Below, in pieces: positions 1 through 7,237 of a DNA stretch of 32,000 bases (within the stretch, counting starts at the first letter, position 1; each line of letters starts with the position of its first letter). Location: the NCBI GenBank assembly GCA_008080745.1, contig SHMX01000004.1:360001-392000 (forward strand), written 5' to 3'. The notes under the pieces were generated by a model. It saw nothing but the letters and a program-made list of their open reading frames with translations, had not been told where the DNA came from and ran no database searches. Source of the DNA: Candidatus Thorarchaeota archaeon. Lineage in GTDB: Archaea > Asgardarchaeota > Thorarchaeia > Thorarchaeales > Thorarchaeaceae. Position numbers and translations under genes: made by a program.

Positions 1-162
1 TTCACCAAATTTACGGAGTTCTCTCTTAGAACTAGCCATATAATCACTCTCTTGATAGTATCAGGTTTGTTCCTATGTTACTTCCTTGATAGTACTTCCC
101 TAAATACTCCTACTACTAGGATTAGTTTAGATAATGCCGATTCATTTGAAGTGATTATTGAT

Positions 163-1038
163 ATGAAATCTAAATCTGAAGTCCTAATCATAGGAGCTCC
201 TGGCAATGTTGGTAGTTATGTTGTTGATTATGCGTTAGCCCAAAAAATGAAATTACGTATTGCTGCATATGATTTTAATGATGCTAAAGAGTCCTTCAAA
301 GATGATGTAGATATCTGTTTTTTTGATTTTTTTGATCAATCAACATATGAATCAGCTTTCTCAGGAATTAAACAAGCTTTCATTATTCGACCTCCTCAGA
401 TTGTTGACACAAAGGAGGGGATGATTCCCGCACTTCAATTTGCTGAAGAAGTCGGAGTGGAGCATATGGTATTTCTATCACTGTCCGGCATTAATCGTAG
501 AATGCCTCACTACTATGTGGAACAGTTTTTGAAGAGGAGCTCAATGCGATACACCTTTTTACGAGCTGGATTCTTCATGCAAAACTTTTCCACTCGATTC
601 TTACAAGATATTCGTGATCGTGACGAGATTTTTGTTCCTGCTGGAAAGGGGAGTATATCTCTCATAGATACGCGTGATATAGCTTCTGTTGCAGTTTATG
701 CACTTACGAACCAAGCAAAAGAAAACCGAATATACGAACTTACAGGTAATGTTTCGCTCAATTATTACGATATCGCGAATGTATTTACTAAAATTCTGGG
801 GAGAGATATTGTTTATCCGAAGCCATCTCCTAAAGACTTCAAAAAGAAACGATTAATGCTTGGGTGGCATCCTGAAATGATTGAGGTATTGGATATGTTA
901 TTTAGAATGGTTAGATGGAGATTAGCTGGAAAAACATCAGATAATCTTGAGAAATTATTGAACCGAGAACCCATTACATTGGAAAAATTTGTTGAGGATC
1001 ATAAGTATCTATGGATGAAGAATACGGGAGGAGTATGA
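163..1038 (+). CDS. NmrA-like / atypical SDR NAD(P)-binding oxidoreductase
   Basis: N-terminal Rossmann motif VLIIGAPGNVG, plus YTFLRAGFFMQN, ISLIDTRDIA and YELTG segments typical of NmrA-type SDRs. Start moved from the TTG at 52 to the in-frame ATG at 163 because the upstream extension is not protein-like. Confidence 0.85.
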   Translation: MKSKSEVLIIGAPGNVGSYVVDYALAQKMKLRIAAYDFNDAKESFKDDVDICFFDFFDQSTYESAFSGIKQAFIIRPPQIVDTKEGMIPALQFAEEVGVEHMVFLSLSGINRRMPHYYVEQFLKRSSMRYTFLRAGFFMQNFSTRFLQDIRDRDEIFVPAGKGSISLIDTRDIASVAVYALTNQAKENRIYELTGNVSLNYYDIANVFTKILGRDIVYPKPSPKDFKKKRLMLGWHPEMIEVLDMLFRMVRWRLAGKTSDNLEKLLNREPITLEKFVEDHKYLWMKNTGGV

Positions 1039-1039
1039 T

Positions 1040-1471
1040 ATGATCATTTTCGGTTCGACTAGCCCGATACTGGTTGATATCAATCTGTTTATCCAAGTGG
1101 GATTAATTACAATGTTATTATTTGGAATCTACAAAAGGAAACCCTTCCTGTTTCATGGAAAAGTAATGGCGATTTCAACATTAGTGAATCTCATTACAAT
1201 TATTGGTGTGATGATTCCTTCACTTATTGTCAATTGGAATTCCTTTTTCTCTCTTCCAACGCCCCCTGGTCCAAGTATAATTCTGATACATAGCTTGGTG
1301 GGACTTATTGCAATTGCATTTGCAATCCTCTTTACATCACGTTTCTTGCTAGCTCTGAAGAACTCGGAACCACTATTATGTGGCAAACGCAGGACAATGT
1401 GGGTTACTGCAATTCTATGGCTTTACTCCTTTGGTGGTGGACTAGCGTTCTATATCTTCTATTATCTCTAG
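1040..1471 (+). CDS. DUF420-family integral membrane protein (about 4 TM)
   Basis: Four hydrophobic segments, HGKVM and IHSLVG His motifs, C-terminal LWLYSFGGG...Y. Starts 1 nt after the upstream stop. Confidence 0.65.
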   Translation: MIIFGSTSPILVDINLFIQVGLITMLLFGIYKRKPFLFHGKVMAISTLVNLITIIGVMIPSLIVNWNSFFSLPTPPGPSIILIHSLVGLIAIAFAILFTSRFLLALKNSEPLLCGKRRTMWVTAILWLYSFGGGLAFYIFYYL

Positions 1472-1574
1472 TAATGACTATCCAATTATGAACGAATATA
1501 CCCGTACGAATCATAAAATTTGTACACCTTCAATATCGCACTTTATCTCTGATTCTTAGTAGATACTCGACCCA

Positions 1575-1594
1575 AAAACAAATCTGTTTGTTTT
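1575..1594. promoter_or_regulatory. Perfect inverted repeat AAAACAAA-tctg-TTTGTTTT upstream of pirin (possible operator or terminator)
   Basis: 8-bp arms with a 4-nt spacer, read directly. The arms are low-complexity, so chance occurrence is possible. Confidence 0.3.
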
Positions 1595-1656
1595 CTTAGA
1601 TTCCTCCACATCTAAAACCATAAAAATAACTATTGTTAATTATTATTGTGATATGA

Positions 1657-2514
1657 ATGACGGAAAGAAATGAGAGGCGCATAAAGCTAGTAAAATCTCC
1701 CAAGATTGCTTTAGAAGGTGCAGGAGTAAAAATTTCTAGAGTTTTTGGCTATAACGATGTAAACATAATGGATCCATTTCTGCTATTGGATGATTTCGGA
1801 TCTGATAATCCTGCGGAGTTTGAAAAGGGATTTCCATGGCATCCGCACAGAGGTATCGAAACTATAACGTACATGCTTGATGGAAAAGTAAGACATCGTG
1901 ATAGTACAGGTGGTTCGGGAGTAATAGAGCCCGGTGGTATTCAATGGATGACTGCTGGGAGTGGAATTATCCATGAAGAGATGCCGGTTTCAGATAATAG
2001 CACTTTACGAGGACTTCAGTTATGGTTAAATCTTCCTGCAACACAAAAAATGACCACTCCGAAATACAGGGGTTACAAATCATCTGATTTTCCCCAAATT
2101 GATGAAAAAAATGGATCTGTAATTAAAGTAATTGCAGGAAAAGTTAGGGGTGTTTCAGGGCCAATTCAAGATATATCGACCAATCCAGAATATTTGGATG
2201 TCAGACTCTCAACAAGCTGTCAATTCACGCATGTCACGCCATCTGATTATACAGTTTTTGCATATGTGTTAGATGGGCAAGGCGTCTTTACTTCAAAAAA
2301 CACTGAGGTTATTGGCAAGCAATCACTGGTTCTATTTGGAGATGGTGAGCAAGTATCTGTAAAGTCATTGGAGAGTCCATTACATTTCATTCTTATTTCT
2401 GCAAAACCCCTAAGAGAACCAATAGCATGGCAGGGTCCAATCGTAATGAACACCCAAAAAGAATTACGTACTGCATTTCAAGAATATCGAAAGGGCACCT
2501 TCATAAAAGCATAA
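1657..2514 (+). CDS. Pirin-family bicupin protein
   Basis: DPFLLLDDF, WHPHRGIETITY and GGIQWMTAGSGIIHEE give the His-His-His-Glu metal ligands; C-terminal EPIAWQGPIVMNT. Confidence 0.95.
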   Translation: MTERNERRIKLVKSPKIALEGAGVKISRVFGYNDVNIMDPFLLLDDFGSDNPAEFEKGFPWHPHRGIETITYMLDGKVRHRDSTGGSGVIEPGGIQWMTAGSGIIHEEMPVSDNSTLRGLQLWLNLPATQKMTTPKYRGYKSSDFPQIDEKNGSVIKVIAGKVRGVSGPIQDISTNPEYLDVRLSTSCQFTHVTPSDYTVFAYVLDGQGVFTSKNTEVIGKQSLVLFGDGEQVSVKSLESPLHFILISAKPLREPIAWQGPIVMNTQKELRTAFQEYRKGTFIKA

Positions 2515-2550
2515 TAAACAATAGTTAAATATTCTACTATCTATTACTAA

Positions 2551-3120
2551 ATGATGAACATGTATCATGGAGATAAGGTCAGATTAAGGAAGCTCAGGGA
2601 ATCAGATGCGAAAATAATTCTTAAACACTGGAACAATTACTCACTCCGTCAATATCTCCCAACCCCCCTGCCTACGAGTCTCATGGATTTGAAAGACTTC
2701 ATAGAAACAGCAAATGAAGCTTACAACGAAAGGAGTAAATTCACTTTTGGAATTGAAACGTTAGAAAGTGAGAAGTTAATTGGACTTGTGAATCTTGTTG
2801 GAATTAGTTGGATAAGCAGGTTTGCTGAGATTGGTCAATTTGCTATATTCGATCCTGAATTTATGGGCAAAGGTTATGGTTTTGACTCCCTTCGGGTATT
2901 ATTAGACTTTGCATTTTTTGTATTGGATCTTCATTCGATTCATCTTATGGTAGAAATCTTCAATATTCATGCAGTTACATTTTATGAAAAATTTGGATTT
3001 CAAAAACGTGGAAGCCTGAGAGAGCTGGCATATCGTAATGGTACTAGGTATGATATTCTGATTATGGATATGCTGAAAGATGAATTCCATCAGAAGTATA
3101 AGATTCTTCCAAAGCAATAA
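2551..3120 (+). CDS. GNAT N-acetyltransferase, RimJ/RimL (SpeG-like) family
   Basis: VRLRKL start, GKGYG acetyl-CoA motif, N..A..FYEKFGFQKRGSLRE and YRNGTRYDILIM. Confidence 0.9.
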   Translation: MMNMYHGDKVRLRKLRESDAKIILKHWNNYSLRQYLPTPLPTSLMDLKDFIETANEAYNERSKFTFGIETLESEKLIGLVNLVGISWISRFAEIGQFAIFDPEFMGKGYGFDSLRVLLDFAFFVLDLHSIHLMVEIFNIHAVTFYEKFGFQKRGSLRELAYRNGTRYDILIMDMLKDEFHQKYKILPKQ

Positions 3121-3217
3121 CAATGGTGGTCCTATTACTTCAGCAAATATGCTAATATAACATCTCTCAGAAAGGCATTTATCCATGCGAACTTGATACT
3201 GTGATAGGTAGTTCGCG

Positions 3218-4174
3218 ATGATAGAATACATTGGACTCGCCATTCTTGTCTTCTCACTACTTGTGTTGATCTATTCATTTATTGCAGCTAATGAAGAAAC
3301 AACAAAACAGACACAAGAGGTACAAGACACAGGAAGAGAAAAAGGATCTAAGAAATTCAGGAGAGATAGAAGCCCAGTAGAAATAGAGGCAAAAGCTGTT
3401 CCTGAAGGATTGGAAAAAAGAGCACCCTCACCCGTAGTTGACGGTAGACCTGGTATGGCAGAGGTAGGAAAGATTGAACCCGAGGTCTTCAGTGAACGTC
3501 ATGAAGAAGCAAGCGTTTCCCCACCAAGTGCAACCTTTGATAGGAAAGCCTCTCTTACATATTGGGAACGGATGGCTTTAGATAACGAGTATAATTTGAC
3601 CGTCACACTCCATCGACCCGATTTCAAAGTTGTGGCACCCGATGGTGCATCTGTAAAAGAGTCCGAAACTACCTATAAGCTTCCTAGGAGCGGTCACGTT
3701 AGAATTATCCCTGTATGTAGTGGGTGCAATATTTCCCCCGCCTCAAGAGACATTCGCGTGACAGAACTTGATGTTGAAACAAAGGCACATTTCAAAGTAC
3801 TACCAGTGAAGGAAGGAAATTATGATCTGGAAGTTGAATTTCAAATAGTATCTCCAGATGGTGACATCTCACCATTAGGTAAGGAATTTGCTACTGTTAC
3901 CATTCAAAAGAAAGCTCTTGACCTGACTCTGGGTCCACTCAATATTAGTGTATCACGCCGGGTTCCTGCTTTCTTCTCGATGTGTGGTAGCCTTTTTGGT
4001 TTTGCGTCCTTTATTCTAGCTCGACTAGGTATCAACCTGAATGAAGAGATACTTGCATGGAGTATGACCATAAGTACAGGAATCACTGGGTTCGTATTCA
4101 TTCTACTAGCTATGATGCTTCTCTTCAAGGGTCTCAAACCATTAATGCGTGAGATTAGTATCACATTGAAATAA
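3218..4174 (+). CDS. Hypothetical membrane protein (N-terminal TM, charged linker, beta-rich domain, two C-terminal TMs)
   Basis: 318-aa ORF. Hydrophobic residues ~4-24, low-complexity linker, beta-rich core (~105-230) with PVCSGC, two hydrophobic C-terminal helices. Confidence 0.8.
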   Translation: MIEYIGLAILVFSLLVLIYSFIAANEETTKQTQEVQDTGREKGSKKFRRDRSPVEIEAKAVPEGLEKRAPSPVVDGRPGMAEVGKIEPEVFSERHEEASVSPPSATFDRKASLTYWERMALDNEYNLTVTLHRPDFKVVAPDGASVKESETTYKLPRSGHVRIIPVCSGCNISPASRDIRVTELDVETKAHFKVLPVKEGNYDLEVEFQIVSPDGDISPLGKEFATVTIQKKALDLTLGPLNISVSRRVPAFFSMCGSLFGFASFILARLGINLNEEILAWSMTISTGITGFVFILLAMMLLFKGLKPLMREISITLK

Positions 4175-4182
4175 GATAAATT

Positions 4183-4214
4183 CCCACATCCATTAAGGTG
4201 TGGGTCTTTTCTTT
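4183..4214 (+). terminator. Hairpin plus T-rich tract (terminator-like)
   Basis: CCCACATC-cattaa-GGTGTGGG (8 bp including one G-U) 8 nt after the stop of 3218..4174, followed by TCTTTTCTTT. Confidence 0.55.
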
Positions 4215-4311
4215 CCCAATAGCACGATACAATTCATTCTATTATATTCTTCAGCAAGAAATTAATACCTCTTATTTCCTTTCAATCATACCAATTTGAG
4301 GAGGAGAAAAA

Positions 4312-5379
4312 TTGGACAAAAAACAGATTTTTGCAATTGTAGCCATATTGCTTTTTACGGTGTCTAGTGGAATATTAGTGACTCAAGTTCAAGCCTATGA
4401 ACTTGATCCAGGTTTTGGTGGCGGCGGAACCACAGTAACTACTAATTTTTGTGTTAAGGTGGTAGAAAAACAGTCATCTGAAACTATCCAAGGTGCTCGT
4501 GTGCAGCTGATAAGAGGAATTACTATACTTCAGACAGGATATACTAATTCTCATGGATACTTTTACTTTGATGCTGTAACAGATACTGGTAACTGTTACT
4601 ATAAGATTAGAGTATATTATCAAGACGCTTCACCCACTACAGTGGATACAGTTGTCTACAGTGAAGATATTTCTGGAACATATCATGAAACTATAACATG
4701 CAAGATGAATACCGTTCACAAATGGGCTGTACTTGTAGGTCTCGGTGATTGGGACCATGATAAATTTACTACTACAACCGGATACAAAGATGCAAATGAT
4801 TGGTATAATAGACTAACTAGTCTTGGTTTCCAACATATCAAGACTTTGGGCGATGGTACAAATAATTACGATGACCAAAACAAGATTCTTGCAACAAAAT
4901 CAAACGTCAAAAATGCTATTTCCAATGTTGTTACATCTGCAGATAGCAATGATGTCGTTGTTTTTGTATTTGCGGCACATTATGGGACTTTAGGTATGGC
5001 CGTCTGGGATACTAACTATTACAACGCATTGACCTATTTCACTGCCTCTTGGTTTGGTAATCAAGTTGACCAGTGTTCTGCAAATAAGATTTTCACCTGG
5101 ATTCACGCTTGTCACGCTGAGAGATTCATAAATAACGCAAATACCGATATGGATTCTCATGAGCTCTGGATGGGTTCTTGCAAAGAAGATCAAGTGTCAT
5201 TTAATGATAATTTCAGACAGGATTTCTGGCAATATGTTGATAGCTGGGGTGGTCTGGATGGCACTGCATTAGAATTGATCTTTGATGACCTTAGTGATGA
5301 ATATCCTAAGACATGGGATGGATCTACTATGGAACCCGTAATTTACGACGGTGATACTAATCGTTGGTTCTATCTATAA
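4312..5379 (+). CDS. Secreted clan CD cysteine peptidase (caspase/metacaspase-like C14, or C13-like) with an N-terminal carboxypeptidase-regulatory-like beta domain
   Basis: TTG start preceded by GAGGAGGAG; signal peptide; VKVVE...IQGARV...TNSHGYFYF transthyretin-like domain; KWAVLVG...DA..W...L...GF; ATKSNVKNAI...ADSNDVVVFVFAAH (His223); WIHACH (Cys267). Confidence 0.75.
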   Translation: MDKKQIFAIVAILLFTVSSGILVTQVQAYELDPGFGGGGTTVTTNFCVKVVEKQSSETIQGARVQLIRGITILQTGYTNSHGYFYFDAVTDTGNCYYKIRVYYQDASPTTVDTVVYSEDISGTYHETITCKMNTVHKWAVLVGLGDWDHDKFTTTTGYKDANDWYNRLTSLGFQHIKTLGDGTNNYDDQNKILATKSNVKNAISNVVTSADSNDVVVFVFAAHYGTLGMAVWDTNYYNALTYFTASWFGNQVDQCSANKIFTWIHACHAERFINNANTDMDSHELWMGSCKEDQVSFNDNFRQDFWQYVDSWGGLDGTALELIFDDLSDEYPKTWDGSTMEPVIYDGDTNRWFYL

Positions 5380-5387
5380 CTACTCAA

Positions 5388-5418
5388 GAGTAGCATAATT
5401 TGCTACTCCCCTTTTTTT
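5388..5418 (+). terminator. Hairpin plus T7 tract (terminator-like)
   Basis: GAGTAGCA-taatt-TGCTACTC perfect 8-bp stem, then CCC and TTTTTTT, 8 nt after the protease stop. Confidence 0.65.
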
Positions 5419-5530
5419 CTAAATTTTGATAATGTTACAAAATGATACCGATTGGTCAGCCTATTCGTCACTGTAAATTGTTGCATTGATGTTGAACTCT
5501 ATAGATGTGTTTGTTCAATTAGATTTGTGG

Positions 5531-5739
5531 ATGGAACATGACCAAAATAAAAAACGAAAAGGTGCACATATTGCGTCTTCTTATTTTCTGGGATATCGAT
5601 TAGCTTGATTCTTTTTCTTCTAACGGATCAATTAATTTACGCAGGTCTTGGAGCAGCACTTGGGACGATTTTTGCGGATGGAGTTATTTCATTCACATCT
5701 CGGTCATTGGAGCATGAAGATTCTAAAGATGAAACATAA
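5531..5739 (+). pseudogene. Possible frameshifted small 2-TM membrane protein (~69 aa)
   Basis: ATG at 5531 gives MEHDQNKK. One extra A in the A6 run at 5549-5554 would join it to the startless open frame TKRCTYCVFLFSGISISLILFLLTDQLIYAGLGAALGTIFADGVISFTSRSLEHEDSKDET* ending at 5739. Confidence 0.3.
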
Positions 5740-5830
5740 CACAGTTCCACTGTTTATGATTGATGCAAAATGAGTACAGCAAGTTCCTCCTGTTGCATCG
5801 AGATTGCTTATTTTGTTGCTCTTCAGAACC

Positions 5831-7117
5831 TTATCTCTTCTTCATATAGAATGCGGCACCCACTGCGAAAATCAAAATTCCCCCACCACCTAACAGCAGG
5901 ATTCCCAACATCATATCCGTTGGTTCTGGAGTTGTAGGTGTTGTTACTCCATTTGAGTCGCCCAAGATATAGATCTCTCCAGAGAAGTCAACAACATATA
6001 GTTCATTGGTGGAGTCTACTCCAAACGAGGAGATTTGATAGGTCGTATCAAACAATTCTTCGTTATTTGTTTCAGAGCTTTCATCATAATCTAATGCCCA
6101 GATTTTTCCAGAACCAAAATCTCCGTAGATATATTTCCCAACCAAGTTGTCGTAGGTACTTCCTCTGTACACATATCCCCCTGTGATCGAGCTGCCTACA
6201 TCGTGATTATACGTCCAGATTGGCATACTGAGACCAGTGGTGTCACATCCTGTGTCTGGTTCATAACATTGATCTCCTTCCATGATGTTCCAACCATAGT
6301 TGTTACCACTCTCAATAATATCGATCTCCTCCACTTCTCCCTGACCTACATCTGCTGCCCACATAGCATCGGTCTCAGAATCCCAACTGAAACGCCAAGG
6401 ATTTCTAAGTCCATATGCATATATTTCCTCTCGGTATCCCTCTGTATTATCAACGAATGGATTTGTATCAGGGATTCCGTACTCTAATCCTGCATCCGTG
6501 TTATCAATATCTATCCTGAGAATTGCTCCAAGCAGGGTTGTTCTGTCCTGTCCATGCCCCTCAGGGTCGCCACCCGATCCACCATCTCCCAGAGCGATGT
6601 AGAGATATCCATCAGGTCCAAATCCAATCTGACCTCCGTTATGATTTGCGTATGGCTGATCGACTTCAAGGATAACATATCCACTTGTTGCATCCGCTTG
6701 ATTACTATCATCTTCGGAGACCGTATATCTTTCAATAACTGTTCTACGAGGTGAATCAGCAGTATAATCTACAAAGAAATATCCATTTTCACTAAAGTTC
6801 GGATGAAAAGCTAAGCCAAGTAGTCCTTCTTCTCCTCCAACGTCGTTCACTTTTCCTTTGATATCGAGAAATAGAGTTGCTGATTGAATATTGGGATCGT
6901 TATCGAAGACATAGATTTCTCCCGGTTTAGTAACCACAAATATCCTATTTGTTCCATCATCAGGACTAACCAGCCCCAAAGGCTGAGTAAATGAAAGGTT
7001 TGGAAATGCATTGTTCAATTGCATCCCATTCTGTGCAATTATCGGATTGGCTGTTGATATTATAATGATTCCTGACAGGAATAAAAATAATGGAATGAAT
7101 AATTTCGGCAGACGCAT
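5831..7117 (-). CDS. PQQ-dependent glucose/sorbosone dehydrogenase family (GSDH/HHIP-like beta-propeller), signal peptide and C-terminal TM anchor
   Basis: EEGLLGLAFHPNF, NHNGGQIGFGPDGYLYIALGDGG, YGLRNPWRFSWD and SITGGYVYRG motifs. Start at ATG 7117 (MRLPKLF) with GAGGGAG upstream; TTPTTPEP linker, TM, MKKR. Confidence 0.9.
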   Translation of the reverse strand: MRLPKLFIPLFLFLSGIIIISTANPIIAQNGMQLNNAFPNLSFTQPLGLVSPDDGTNRIFVVTKPGEIYVFDNDPNIQSATLFLDIKGKVNDVGGEEGLLGLAFHPNFSENGYFFVDYTADSPRRTVIERYTVSEDDSNQADATSGYVILEVDQPYANHNGGQIGFGPDGYLYIALGDGGSGGDPEGHGQDRTTLLGAILRIDIDNTDAGLEYGIPDTNPFVDNTEGYREEIYAYGLRNPWRFSWDSETDAMWAADVGQGEVEEIDIIESGNNYGWNIMEGDQCYEPDTGCDTTGLSMPIWTYNHDVGSSITGGYVYRGSTYDNLVGKYIYGDFGSGKIWALDYDESSETNNEELFDTTYQISSFGVDSTNELYVVDFSGEIYILGDSNGVTTPTTPEPTDMMLGILLLGGGGILIFAVGAAFYMKKR

Positions 7118-7237
7118 ACTTCTCCCTCTAATAACAATAGTTAATATCAATGCCCATCTATTTGAACCTATTGTTAGATACAACTTACAGAGAGCTACGT
7201 GATTTCATATGTTACCTATCGGTAGTTTATGCGATGG

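Noticed and set aside
51-94. Direct repeat CTTGATAGTA at 51-60 and 85-94
   Set aside because: Only two 10-nt copies in AT-rich DNA with no array structure; not CRISPR-like and plausibly chance.
5549-5555. A-AAA-AAC slippery heptamer as a programmed -1 frameshift
   Set aside because: It is in frame only with ATG 5538, and a -1 shift from there enters a frame that soon stops, not the hydrophobic frame.
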